Shown here in pieces: positions 13,231 through 27,541 of a stretch of DNA of 64,000 nucleotides (position 1 is its first letter; each line of letters opens with the position of its first letter). The notes beneath the pieces were generated by a model. That model saw only the letters and a list, made by a program, of their open reading frames with translations, did not search any database and was not told where the DNA came from. Position numbers and translations under genes: made by a program. This DNA comes from the human T2T-CHM13v2.0 reference genome, Homo sapiens: assembly GCF_009914755.1 (NCBI RefSeq), contig NC_060933.1; one strand, written 5' to 3'.

Positions 13231-14206
13231 GGTTCAAATATAATGTACATTTGTTTTATTTTATATTACATAATATCTTTTTTTGTTGTTGTTTCTATCT
13301 TCATTTTCACCAGGGGAAGGGAATCTGTGTCTATTGGAACTCTTTTCCTATATTTGTTTTAGGATTGCCATACCTCTGGTTTCCCAGGTATAGTTCATCA
13401 AAACTAGGGACAGATCTAGTCTTTATGGGAACTGCAACTTATAAAATGTGGAGTTCCTCTTTAGGAAAAAGGATATGCAGCCCTAGAAAATGAAAGGATC
13501 CAAATTTTTGAAGAAAATGAACTTAGTATGGTATATTCTTACTTTTTTTCTGAGTGAAAGATATCTTATGTATCATACCAATTCCCAATAAGTTTCATCC
13601 TTTTGTCTGCGTTATTTTCAGTTTTCAGTAAAATAAATGTGTGTATACCACAACCTCTAAGTACTTCCTTTAGACCATATGGTTTGAATTTGGTATGAAA
13701 GAGGAAGCTTCTAAAAGTGTTTTCTATGTGCATGATGATTTATAGGCAAATATACCGGCACATATAGTTACCTTAAAACTTAGATATTTAAGTATATGTT
13801 GGATGAATGAAAAAATTGAAGAACAGAAAAATGTAAAAACAAAAGAAGGTAAGTCAAACATTTTGAGAGAGTTCTTGGATGAAAAGTAGAAATTTAAAAT
13901 GTAAAGTTGTAAAAAATAGCAATGTCCAGTAAATGCATGCACATAAACATGAAATAACTTAAATGTCATTATGCTAATTTTACTTGCATAAACTTTCAGG
14001 ACATGAATACAGATAAGGACATAATTACAGTAGTTAGAATGATTAAAAAATAGTGTGCCCCATACTATGAATTTCACACACAGTTTGATTACTGGGAGAC
14101 ATTTAGAGCAGCAGACTAAATGTATAGGTGCTATACTGTAAATTGTAAGTTGGATGAGAGGCCAGCAACTTTGGTATTGGCTATAGCACTTCAATTAAAG
14201 ACAAGT

Positions 14207-14520
14207 GGCTGGGCCTGGTGGCTCATGCATATAATCCCAGCACTTTGGGAGGCTGAGGCTGAAGGATTGCTTGAGCCCAGCAATTCAAGACCACCTTAGG
14301 CAACAAAGTGAGACCCTGTCTACCAAAAATTCAAAAAATTAGCCAGACATAGTGGCATGTGTCTGCGGTCCCAGCTAAATGGGAGGCTGCCTTGAGAGGA
14401 TTACTTGAGACCAGAAGGTCAAGGCTGAAATTAGCTGTGATCATGCTACTGCACTATAGCCTGGGTGACAGAGTGAGATCCTATCATAAATAAATAAATA
14501 AATAAATAAAATAAAAAATA
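14207..14520 (+). mobile_element. AluJ with (TAAA)n tail
   Basis: GGATTGCTTGAGCCCAG and GGTCAAGGCTG J-type motifs; imperfect TSD AAAGACAAGT/AAAGAAAAGT. Confidence 0.92.
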
Positions 14521-14929
14521 AAGAAAAGTGTCATTTACATCTGTTTACGTTTTTTTAAATCCTGTTTGAGGTATTTTCTTATCACTGTACAAAGTCACTA
14601 AACATATGCATTCTATAATAGGGTAATCAAGTAAAAAAAAGAGAAATTTATTTTTTCATAGTATTTTTGTTAAAATTCATTGAAGGATATCTTACAGAAA
14701 ATGTGACATTCTTACATTCTGATTATCAGGGCACAATTTGATAAAATTTTATCAAGTGAACAATAATCTGGTAATCAGAATGCAGATTAAGAAAGAGAAC
14801 ACTAAAACCTCATAACCCTACCTTCCCTGTACTATTTACTCTAAACTCCATTCCATCCATTAAAGATAGTGATGACTGAATTTTTTTTTTTTTTTTTTTT
14901 GGCTATTCTTCTGACTCTAGTTTCTGAGA

Positions 14930-15529
14930 TTTTTTTTTTTATTATACTTTAAGTGTTAGGGTACATGTGCACAATGTGCAGGTTAGTTACATACGTATAC
15001 ATGTACCATGCTGGTGTGCTGCACCCATTAACTTGTCATTTAGCATTAGGTATATCTCCTAATGCTATCCCTCCCCCTTCCCCCCACCCCACAACAGTCC
15101 CCAGAGTGTGATGTTCCCCTTCCTGTGTCCATGTGTTCTCATTGTTCAGTTCCCACCTATGAGTGAGAATATGCGGTGTTTGTTTTTTTGTTCTTGCAAT
15201 AGTTTACTGAGAATGATGATTTCCAATTTCATCCATGTCCCTACAAAGGACATGAACTCATCATTTTTTATGGCTACATAGTATTCCATGGTGTCTATGT
15301 GCCAAATTTTCTTAATCCAGTCTATCATTGTTGGACATTTGGGTTGGTTCCAAGTCTTTGCTATTGTGAATAGTGCTGCAATAAACATACATGTGCATGT
15401 GTCTGTATAGCAGCATGATTTATAATCCTTTGGGTATATACCCAGTAATGGGATGGCTGGGTCAAGTGGTATTTCTAGTTCTAGATCCTTGAGGAATCGC
15501 CACACTGACTTCCACAATGGTTGAACTAG
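14930..15529 (-). mobile_element. Young 5'-truncated L1PA2/3-like 3' end
   Basis: GGTTAGTTACATA and TAGTTTACTGAGAATGATGATTTCCAATTTC; ORF 15146-15517 is the ORF2p C-terminus (DPAIPLLGIYP, AKTWNQPKCP). Confidence 0.95.
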
Positions 15530-15625
15530 ATTACAGGTGATGACCGAATTTTAACATAGACTCAGTTTGCCTGGTTGTACATTGACGTGTGTGTGTGTGT
15601 GTAACTCTTATTTTTATATACTATG

Positions 15626-16210
<585 letters not shown>

Positions 16211-16639
16211 TTAGTGTTTTTTAAAAATATATACTAAGTATGAATTATTTCTTAATGGGTTAAACATAGACTTGGAACTAAAAAACTCTAACTAGGGCCA
16301 CTCTTTCTTTATAGAAGTTATTGACATTTTCTCAAGGAGAACAGATGAAATCCTAGGGGGCATGCCTTGCAAATTCATCATTTAATATGAGGACTGCTAC
16401 TGGTAGAGCAACAGCTATTTGGCCCTATATTTCAGTGAGGCCCTAAATGGCAACAATTTTAGAATTAATGGCAAATGTAGTCCCTGATTCTTTTTGTTTG
16501 TTTTTGTTAATAGACTCACTTCAGCGTCCATCAAATATTCCATTAAAGGTCGTCTTCTTGGTTTCTTGATGTAGTTGCTGTTGGTGATATTTCTTAATAT
16601 ATTAAGATGGAACAACTTACCATTCCATTTTGAGTCATA

Positions 16640-17170
16640 TTTTAATTCATTAAGCTAAAATGTTTGAGTAAATACAGGGTTTAGCATAGTATTTTGCACA
16701 GAATACTTTAAGAAATACAGATGTTTAAAAAGCAATCTTGCTCTTAAGGACCTTCAATGCTAATAGAAAGACCACTCCTATAAGAAGAATATGTGATGTA
16801 ATCCCAAGTGCACTAAGGATTTTGATGAGGGAAAAATTATTTCTCCTTGGGTTTATCAGAGAAGATCTTGAAAGAGCTGGCATCTGAGATGTGCTGTGAA
16901 GTTATGTAGGTTTCTACAGGTGATAATAGAAAAAGAGTGTATCGAAATGGGTATGTGTGTGATGCCACAAAGAAATTTTAGTAGAATTTAAGGTACTGAA
17001 TAGTTTGATGAGAAGGTGGTTTAGCATGAGCAAGAAAAATGAAATATTACCGGAACAATTTTGAAAGGCTATAAATTACTGGCTAAAGAGTTGGATATTT
17101 CTCAGAAAAGGTAGGGAACCGTGAACATTATTTTATTTTTTGAACAGGTGATGCATTTACATGATACAGA
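16640..17170 (-). mobile_element. L2 remnant
   Basis: Degenerate L2 text (CTTGCTCTTAAGGACCTTCAA, GGCTAAAGAGTTGGATATTT). Confidence 0.5.
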
Positions 17171-17804
17171 ATTGGAAAATTCCACATTCTATCCTTTTCT
17201 ATTGTCTGCCCAGTTCTTACCTCTTAACAACAGCTTCTTGGTGTCTTAAGTATTTTATGTATATATAAGAAATAACAAAATACATTATTGATTTCCTTTA
17301 TTTGGACAGCATAACACGTATCCTTTTGGCACATTGCTTTATTCGTTAGCAATTTATCTTGAAAAACTTTCCACGTTAATACATATAGAAAATTTTCAGT
17401 ATTTTTACTGTTGCAGAACATCAAAGGGATGTGTCATCATTAAGTCGTACTATATTAAAAACTTTGTTGTTTTCAGAATCTTGTTCTTATATATTTTTCT
17501 GCAATGAATATAGTCATATATGTCGTTTTATATGTAAGTAGTTATTTAGGATAATCTGCCTAGAGTATAATTGATTGGACATGCACACATGCATTTTTTA
17601 TTTGATAAATATGTACTAATTTATGCTCCAATCATGTGGATGCATGAATGGTAGTACCTACTTCTCTATATGTTTGCTGAAGTTTGTGTTATTAAATATG
17701 CTATTCTAATAGGTGAAAGAATATTGATAGAGTTTTATTTGTAGTTTTATTATGGTTGAACTTGAATACACTTTTATATACTTAAAAGTCATTTGCATTT
17801 ACTT

Positions 17805-18154
17805 AATTTTTTATTTTTATTTTATTTATTTATTTTTTTGAGATGGAGTCTCACTCTGTTGCCCAGGCTGGAGTGCAGTGGCACAATCTTGGCTCACTTC
17901 AAGCTCCACCTTCTGGGTTCACGCCATTCTGGGCTCACTGCAAGCTCCACCTCCCGGGTTCACGCCATTCTCCTGCCTCAGCCTCCCGAGTAGCTGGGAC
18001 TACAGGCACCCGCCACAAAACCCGGTTAATTTTTTTTAGTAGAGACGGGGTTTCACCGCTTTAGCCAGGATGGTCTCGATCTCCTGACCTCGTGATCCAA
18101 CCGCCTCAGCCTCCCAAAGTGCTGGGATTACAGGTGTGAGCCACCGCGACGGCC
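17805..18154 (-). mobile_element. AluY with internal 41-bp tandem duplication
   Basis: Y-type CAAGCTCC and TTCACGCCATTCT; TSD TGCATTTACTT at 17794-17804 and 18155-18165. Confidence 0.95.
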
Positions 18155-18326
18155 TGCATTTACTTTCTATCAATTGTTTATATACTTGCCTATATTTCTT
18201 TTGAGTTTGAGTCTTTTGCTCATAAATTTCTAGAAACACTTCATATAGTAAAGAAATTATACTATATGAAGAGTAAATATTATTCTTTACTTGATTACTT
18301 GTAGTTTCAATTTGTTTACAATATTT

Positions 18327-18359
18327 CACTTGATCTTAGCCAAAAGACTGAGAAGTGAA
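18327..18359 (-). pseudogene. 3'-truncated U2 snRNA retropseudogene (U2 nt 1-33)
   Basis: Reverse complement TTCACTTCTCAGTCTTTTGGCTAAGATCAAGTG versus U2 ATCGCTTCTCGGCCTTTTGGCTAAGATCAAGTG; 14-bp TSD. Confidence 0.92.
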
Positions 18360-19195
18360 TGTTTACAATATTTTTTCATGAAGTTATTGTTACTGTATTC
18401 ACATAGACCCATTTTTTAATCTTTTAGCTTCTAAACTTTTAGTTATAATTACTTATACCTTAACCACTTAAAGGTTATAAAGGAAATGTCTTATGTTTAC
18501 TTCTAGAGACTTTGTGGTTTTATTTTCTACATTTAATGCTTTAATCTCTTTAAAAATAATCTTACACGCAGTAGGGGCATATGAATCTACCCATGTTATT
18601 TTTCCACAAAGTGGTAACTCATATTTCTTTACTGGTTTGAGCATTAATATACACTTTTTGGGATTTTCTATTCTTTTTTATTTACCAATCTAGACTCTAT
18701 TAAAATTCTCACAGTCCTGCTTTAAAAAAAAAAAAACTTATTTTTTCTTTTATGCTGTCCTCTATCAGTCACATTTATTTACATCTTTGGCCCTTCCGGT
18801 TTTAATTTGAAAACAGCCTGTACTTTCTCATCCCTAGTAGGCAGAAAAGAATAGCTGTTCACCATTTCAAGCCTCTTTATTTGTTTGAAAAATGCATTCA
18901 GTGCCAGTGAGATTTACATACATTTTTAGTAATAAAAAAGTAAAAGTTTTTTCCTTAATGGCACAAATCAACCTCAGTTACTGTAAACTACTTTATGAAA
19001 TACTTTTATAAAGTATTAGTACTTGCTTTTAAAAGTTATGCTGTTCAAAGAGATTTTGAAAATACCTTAATGAAACACACAAAGTGATTACCTGTAGGTT
19101 AAAAGAACCACCCTAGATGGAAGAAACAATTTAATGTATGTATTTGTTGTTAAGGATTTCTATCTTGCCCATATCTCTATCTTAACCACCCTAGC

Positions 19196-21601
19196 TGTAT
19201 TAGTCTGTTTTCACGCTGCTGATAAAAATATACCCAAGACTAGGCAATTTACAAAGGAAGCAGGTTTAATGGACTTACAGTTCCAGGTGGCTGGGGATGC
19301 CTCACAATTGTGTTGGAAGTTTAAAGGCAAATCTCACATGGCAGCAAATAAGAGAAGAGAGCTTGTTCAGGGAAAGTCCCCTTTATAAAACCATCAGGTC
19401 TCATGAGACTTATTCACTGTCACCAGAGCAGCATGGGAAAGACCTGCCCCCATGATTCAGTACCTCTCACTGGGTCCCTCAAACAACACATGGCAATTCA
19501 AGATGAGATTTGGGTGGGGACACAGCCAAACCTTATCATTTCACCCTGGCCCCTCCCACATCTTATGTCCACACACTTCAAAACCAATCACGCTTTTTAA
19601 ACAGTCCTCCAAAGTGTTAACTCATTTCAGCATTAACTCAAAAGTTCACAGTCCAAAGTTTTATCAGAGACAAGGCAAGTCCCTTCCACCTATGAGTCAG
19701 TAAAATAAGAAGAAAATTAGTTACTTCCTACATACAATGGGGGTACGGGCATTGGGTAAGTACAGCTGTTGCAAATGGAAAAAACAATGGCTAAAACAAA
19801 GGCCCCATGAAATTCTGAAATCCAGCAGGGCAGTCAAATATTAAAGGTCCAAAATGATCTCTTTTGACCCCATGTCTCATATTTGGGTCACACTGATCCA
19901 AGAGGAGGTTCCCATGGTCTTGAACAGCTCTGCACCTCTGTCTTTGCAGGACACAGCCTCCCTCCCAGCCGCTTTCATGGGCTGGCATTGAGTGTCTGCA
20001 GCTTTTTCAGGTGCACAGTGCAAGCTGTCGGTACAGCTACCATTCTGGGGTCTGAAGGATGATGGCATTCTTTTCACATCTCCACTAGGCAGTGCCCCAG
20101 TGGGGACTCTGTGTGGGGGTGCCCACCCCACATTTCCATTTCACAATATCCTAGCAGGGGTTCTCCATGAGCACCCTGCCCCTGCAGCAAACTTCTGCTT
20201 GAACATCCAGGTGCTTCCATACGTTCTCTGAAATCTAGGCAGAGGTTGCCAAATCAATTCATGACTTCTGTGTACCCTCAGGCTCAACATGTAAAACCTG
20301 CCAAGGCTTGGGGCTAGCACCCTTGGAAGCCACGGCCTGAGCTGTACCTTGGCCCCTTTTAGTCATGGCTAGAGCAGCTGGGATGCAGGGCACCAGGTCC
20401 CTAGACCGCACATAGAGGGAACCTGAGCCTGCCTCATGAAACCATTTTTTCCTCTAAAACCTCCCAGCCTGTGAGGAGAAGGACTGCCACAAAGGTCTCT
20501 GACATGCCCTGTAGACATTTTCCCCATTGTCTTGGTGACTAACTTTCAGCTCCTTGCTACTTATGCAAATTTCTGCAGCCAGCTTGAATTTCTCCTCAGA
20601 AAATGGGATTTTCTTTTCTATCACATTGTCAGGCTGTAAATTTTCTAGACTTTTATGATCTGTTTTCCTTTTAAAACTGAATGCTTTTAACACCACACAA
20701 GTCACATCTTTTTTTTTTTGGGAGTCTCACTCTGTCACCCAGGCTGGAGTGCAGTGGGGTATGATCTCAGCTCACTGCAACCTCCCCCTCCTGGGTTCAA
20801 GCAATTCTCCTGTCTCGGCCTCCCGAGTAGCTGAGACTACAGGCGCACACTACCATGTCCGGCTAAAAAGTCACCTCTTGAATGCTTTGCTGCTTAGACA
20901 TTTCTTTTGCCAGATACCGTAAATCATCTCTCTCAAGTTCAAAGTTCCACAAATCTCTAGGGCAGGGGCAAAATGCCACAAGTCTCTTTGCTAAAACATA
21001 ACAAGAGTCACCTTTGTTCCAGTTTCCTACAAGTTCCTCATGTCCATCTGAGACCACCTCAGACTGGATTGCATTGTCCATATCACTATCAGCATTTTGG
21101 TCAAGCCATAGAACAAGTCTCTAGGGAGTTCCAGACTTTCCCACATTTTTCTGTTGTTTTCTGAGCCCTCCAGACTGTTCCAACCTCTGCCTGTTATCCA
21201 GTTCCAAAGTTGTTTCCACATTTTCAGTTATCTTTAGAGCAGAGTCCCACCCCACTCCTGGTACCAATTTACTGTATTAGTCTGTTTTTATACTGCTGAT
21301 AAAGACATACCCAAGACTGGGCAATTTACAAAAGAAAGAGGTTTAATGATCTTACAGTTCCATGTGGCTGGGGAGGCCTCACAATCATTGCAGAAGGCGA
21401 GAGGCATGTCTCACATGGCAGCAGACAAGAGAAGAGAGCTTGTGCAGGGAAACTTCCCTTTATAAAATTATCAGATCACATGAAACTTACTATCATGAGA
21501 ACAGCATGGGAAAGACCTGCTCCCATGATTTAATTACCTCCCACCAGGTCCCTCTGACAACACATGGGAATTCATAGTGAGATTTGGTTGTGGACACATC
21601 A
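19196..21601 (-). mobile_element. THE1A (MaLR) provirus: 3' LTR 19196-19538, internal 19539-21272, 5' LTR 21273-21601
   Basis: Two direct LTRs beginning TGTATTAGTCTGTTTT on +, THE1-int between them, 5-bp TSD CTAGC/CTAGA. Confidence 0.93.
20711..20867 (-). mobile_element. 5'-truncated AluS (right monomer only) inside THE1 internal region
   Basis: T tail plus right arm ending GGCTAA; TSD AAGTCACATCTT/AAGTCACCTCTT at 20699-20710 and 20868-20879. Confidence 0.9.
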
Positions 21602-24600
21602 CTAGATAACAGCAAAGCTGTACAATTCTTAAACATTGTCATGGAAAAGTAATTCCACAACTCTAATTTGAACTATATGTGATGTTGTTTACATTCATCA
21701 TACCCTCTTTATGCTAAACTAAAATATTTAGCTGTAATTTATGATAACTATTTATAGTTCCTCTTTCTTTCCCTCTCTGAACTTCCTGCAATACCCTGCA
21801 GAGTTGGTATATTATCTACCTTTTTCCTTTACTTTTACTATTTTTGTGAACAAAAATGTCAGAAGATGAAGTATTTTAAGTCAATTTTTTTTTTAAATGG
21901 TGAAAAATTTTAAACACTGTGAGGGGCCAATAAAAGAGATTATTTTCATTGTGAGGGACATTTTAGCATGAGTCAAATCACATGACAGTCAATTTTGTTC
22001 TTTGATTAATGTACAGGTACAATGAATTTCAGTTATGGGAGAACTTCTCTTTCTCCTTTGACTTATTCTCTCAATTTTTGCACTCTCATTTTTGTTTTTT
22101 TGTTTTTTTTTTTTTTGTAAAGAGTTTCTAGTAAGGACTATGTGTTAATCAGTTTTAAGAACACAGATTTTATCAAAGAAAATTATCTCTTTAAAATATT
22201 TGCACTAATGGAAAAATATGTGAACCACCCAGTCTTATTTTATTGGACCCCAAGTTAGTTTGTGTTTGTGTGTATGTGTGGGTATTTATCTGATATCAAC
22301 CATTATCTTTTAACATCAGCATGAAACAACATGCTGGTCTGAAACATAAAAATATATATCACTCTTACCAAAGTCAGTCTGTATTTTAATTGCTTTTTCC
22401 TGAAAGTGGAATCATGTAAAACTTAAAAACAGATTGAAATGAAAGGGAAAAATTTGATTCTGTAATTAACTTACCATGTGACCTTCACCACACTGATGGT
22501 CCTTACAGATCTAAATTTCTATATCTGTAAAATAAAGAAGGTTGATTTTACATGATTTCAAAAAATATATCATTTTTTTGACAGTCATAGAAGTTTTATA
22601 TAATTCTCTATTCTAGTCTACTGCAAAGGAATAGCAGCAGGTGAAAACTATAATGTTTGACCCTGAAGATTATTATGTGATATGTGTAAGGGTCTTAATG
22701 TGTACAATTCCATTTTTAGGGGCTCAAGAGATAAAATTTCTTTTCCAAAATGGATAAATACAAAATCATTTTTGCAATAAAAATGTATTGTGAGGGAATC
22801 TTTTGAATCAATGTGATTACTTATTGTGGAAGATACAGGCCATATCGCATAGCGTCTTGCCTCAAGGATCTTATCACTTAGTGAGTGAAATAAAACAATT
22901 ACACAGATAACTGCCAGGAGGCAGCACTAAATGTCTTAAGTGATGGATAGACAGAGAGGTAAGAAGGGTCCAATCAAATGCTAAAATGTTAATAAAACCC
23001 AGATCACAGGCGGTGATGATCAAATGAATTGAACAGGCTTAGGAGAAATCCGTGAAAGAACGAAATCTGTATCCCTGGGATCTTTCCATTTTTGAGAATA
23101 TATTACATTTGAATCTCTTAGGGATGTGTGATTCCCCTTCCCTTTAAAATAGTTACAGTATAACTTTCATTAAAATCTTGGATTTTGTCAGTCATAGCAG
23201 ACAATAGCATTTTATGTCCTGTGAAGAATTGTATGCATAATTTTGGAAACAAGACAAAGGAAAGAGGCTCTCTAAGCTGTTAGAAACAAAGGATTTTTAA
23301 AATCTTTCTTCTCTCATACCTCCATTAAGGTTGTCTTTTCTCCTTTAAAGCTATAAGAAATATTCTGAATACTAATGTGACAGAACCAGATGCAATCCCC
23401 AAATATCATATTTACTTAATATAAATTCATAGTCCTTACCTTTAAGGAGATTTGACAATTCACTTTGTCTTTTAGCCTTGGGGTAGTCAGGAAAGTTAGG
23501 CACAATGTTTTAATGCTCATTCCTTCTCTTTTGCTCTTAGCTATCATTAATCCCTAATGCCTGGAACTGCATAAATTTCTTCTACAAAGGAAGCCCACAG
23601 GTCGTTTTTATTTGGAGCACTTTTTTTAATATGCGCCACAATATATTCCGGTATGTATTACCTCGTCTGAATGCAAAACTGTTTTATATGCAGATTTAAG
23701 GTAATGAGCAGTCAAGTTTAAAAAATGGTTCTGGTATCCTGTAGCTTCTCAATAATAATATACTCTTACATTCCAACAGAGAAGGATGGATTATGGGTTT
23801 TTCAATTTGCATCAGGCATATTAATTGCAGAGTAGGGCTTCCACATAAAATATCAATGTACTGGAACAAACTGTTAATGTACCAGAATATGAACACTTAC
23901 ATTCATTTCTGGAGCTTTAAAAGGAATCATCCCCCTCCCCCGCTTTTTAATATCTATACCTCTGGAGATGGTACAGTTTTTTAGTCAGTTAATGAGAACT
24001 ATGTAACCACCATTTCTCCAAAAATCCCTAATTAGATTAAGTGCAATAGGGCTATTTTAGTCATTTCTGCTGGGGAAGAATACAACAAGCCATTAGGGAA
24101 AGAGAATAATTTAGAAGGTTTGAAAGAAACTTATTTTAGAGTTACTTTTAAGAAAAATGACATGGAAGATCAACTTTATGTCCTAGTTGGAGGCAGGGAG
24201 GCATACTCAACTTTTATTTGCATTATATTTCTCAACTATGAAGAGAATACCTAAACTAGTAAAAGTTTAATTGAAAGTTTTATAAGTAATTTTCAGCTGA
24301 CGTTTTGCACTGTAGGTTTGATTGTAGAGAACTGGTACTTTATTTCATGGGAGTACTTGAATTATATATTCTCTTGTAAGCATAAAATTGTGAATGTCCA
24401 TATTTTAAAAAAGCATTATAATAATAAAAACTCTTGTGTTTTAATTTGTCTAATACATTTGGTAACTAATATAAATTATAGATACTCTGGTTAGACTAGA
24501 ATATAGATGAAAATATTTTTAAATATGTTCTCTTTTTTCTTTAATGTGAATATTTCTTATTTTTCAAAAAATAAAGCAAGGGGAAGAAATAAAGTTGAGA

Positions 24601-27541
24601 TTTAAACACGGCTACATGTTTTTCCCTGAGGCTTGTACTTAATATGCAAATGCTAAGTATTTGGTAAATATTCATTAAGTAAATATCAGACCTTTCACAT
24701 TTATATTTCACTTTTCATTTTTGATACATGATAAAATTTGTGATTTTATTATTTTCTAACAAAAATAGAATGGGGGCCCACTTTTCAAATCCATCCTGCA
24801 AAAGACAATGTTTGAGTTTTTATACCACAGCTGTCCTAAGTAACGAATTATCTCACCAGAGAAGAGAAGAAATGCTAACCACATAATCCAACAGGAGACT
24901 TGATTCATTTTGTGTCTGGAACAGTCAGTGCAATGTTACAAACTGAAATGAGTTTCCTTTTCAATCTTCAGGTGAAAAAAGTAGTGAGAATGTCCCGCTT
25001 TAAAAAAAAGAAAATCAATGTGACCTTTTTTTTTTTTTCATCTTCCTTGAGAAATAATGTGTGTTTGTGTGGGGGTGTGTGTTTTATTTTGCAGTGTTAG
25101 TTTTGACCTCATTATGCTCATTATGCTGTTGTAAGGCTAAGTATGTCATGGGTCAAAATGAAGGCAAAATAGACCTTTCTCAGCATTAAAGCACAACCTA
25201 ATTTATGGTAAAAGTAATTTCCATACTGTTTTAAAGAAATAGCCCTGGACAACATGAATCTTCCTTTGCTGTAGCATGCTGGCTGAAAAACGGGTTAGAT
25301 ATGCATTCCATGAAAAGAACAGGGAAAATCACTAGAACTGTAAACTCTGCATTTGCTGGGTGCTAACATTTTGAGAAATGCTGAAAGTGTGTTATTTTGG
25401 TTTTGTATTACATTTAGTAGGTGTATTTTAAACTCAAAGAATTTGATTTCCAGTAAGAAGCCCAAATCAAGTGTTGCAATTGTTTTATTTAAGGTCAATT
25501 CTTTCAACTAAACACCTTTTATTTCCAGATGTGTTTTCCCTCTTGTTTGAAATGCCACATGACACAAAATGCTGCCTGTTTTGTGTGCTTTTTTCTACTG
25601 CATGCATAGATAGAAAATAGGTTCAAGTCCCTCATTTGAAAATCTTTTACTTAATTCCACCAACTGAAACGATGACATCATGTTTTCAGAGTTTACCTTT
25701 CTTGGTAAACATCACCAACAAAAGGTTAATGTTTATGAAGGACATCTTAAATCTTAATTTGATGCATACAATAATTTAAATTTTTATAAACTTTTACTAA
25801 ATTAAATAAAAGCTGCTTTGAGGTTGTGAGTGATAATGCTAGAGGTAATGATTAAAGGCACCTGCCCCTCCTCCTGATGCATCTACCTTCTGTATCCTCT
25901 GATAAAAATCAAATGAAAATTAATCTCAGGTTCAAAGTGGTGTTAACTGTATTCAGGAGTCTTAGGATGTCCTTTACTTCCTTTGAAGCATTACCTCATG
26001 ACCTAACTACAATTTCAGCATAGCTGTTGATTTTTGATTGTAGGTTTTATTTTGTTTTTTTATTTTTACATTCTTGTGGGGAGGGGGATTTAATCTCTTA
26101 AACTTTGTTGGCAAATTACATTGATGAATGTGTTCTGACAGGAAGCTTTACTGAAATGAAAAGGAGTTGTGTGTAAGGGTGGGAATAACTATTCTAAGAG
26201 CTTTTTCATGGTTCTCGTTGCCAGGGAAACCACTGCTTTGTCTGTACATGTTTGGAATGGCTGCCTCATTAGAACTCAGGCTCCTAGACAGTCACTTGTA
26301 ATACTGGTAAAGTGAAAGGAATGAACCTATTTTAGTTGATTAACTTCAAATTAATAAAAATAGCATATTTAAAAGATAGATGTTTAAAAGCTAAACATAT
26401 AGAATTATGGGGGAACAATGAAGTTAATATTGATTAGGCCTATTCAGCCACTTGTGTGAGTGGAAGAATAATTTTATTTTTTACTTTCTCTTTGCCTTTT
26501 TACATATTTATGGGGAGTAAGCAAATGGACTATTATATGTTAATGCCACCAAATAAACTTGGGATATGATAGATCCTGATTTTTTCACAAATATACAGAT
26601 TTTTTTCTTATGAATTCATTTTTTTTTCCTTGCCATGACTGGCCTGTGTCATGGCTAAAATATTATCAAAACAGACTGGATTTACTGGCTCTCAGGGGCA
26701 CAAAAGGTAGTGAAAACTTAGATTGGAAATCCATCTCTGGGTAGTTTCATTTTTCTTGAAAGAACAAAAGAAGCAGCACACTAAGAAATTATATGAATCA
26801 ATATTAAAAACAGAGGATAATATAACAGATTATTGCTCTAAATTTAAATTATTTTTAAAAAGACAAGAAACAGGCATAGACAGAAACATCTCAAGTTCAA
26901 GGAGCTGAGACTAACTCTCAATATACTACTACTTCTTCCTTTTTTTTACTATAAGCCAAATTTCCTTTGGAAATTTATTGACATTTAAAATGTTTGTTTT
27001 TAACTCATGACAAAGAGATGAAATCTTTTTATAAGTTTTTTTCTTCCAACAACAGAAGTTCTTTAAATTTCTTGTTCTATCATTCTATCTAAATATACTC
27101 AAAGTACTATAATCTTAAATATTATTATTTAATACTCTTTCCTAAAGGAACAAAGAAAAACAAAATCCAAAGATCTTTTTAAAAAGTCTATATTATTCAA
27201 ATAAGTTCGCTTCAAAAAATTGGCAATACTGATTTTTTATTTGTAGTACTATTTTAGGAAAAAATGTCAAAATGATATTTTGGACTTTGCAAGTCCTGTT
27301 TTGGGTAGAAATGTCAAAAACTTAATTTTATGTATGTTAAAACTTGAAATGGCCATTAGACATTCAAAAGAAGATGTTTAAAAGGAATATTTTATAAATG
27401 TAGGATTCATGGGATGTGGATTTTATTTGAGTGTGGAATAAGAGAAAAGTGAGGATAAAGTCTGGGTTTAACATGACTCCCAGTCCTGGATGAGCAATTG
27501 TGTGGAAAACAGTGCCATTCATTGAGATGAAACTACTAAAG

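Larger units (their letters stand above)
17220..18700 (-). mobile_element. Old L1ME remnant hosting AluY and U2 retrocopy
   Basis: Antisense L1M motifs (CTAATAGGTGAAA, TTATGTTTACTTCTAG, CTACATTTAATGCTTTAATC). Confidence 0.6.

Noticed and set aside
13724-14194. 156-aa minus-strand ORF
   Set aside because: Non-ATG start, F/I/Y/L/K-rich composition typical of AT-rich chance frames, no recognisable domain.
16510-16626. Two minus-strand donor-like sites (GAA/GTGAGT, ATG/GTAAGT)
   Set aside because: No convincing polypyrimidine acceptor pairs with them.
19134-21577. Cluster of short ORFs on both strands
   Set aside because: All within THE1A; fragmented, with no intact reading frame.
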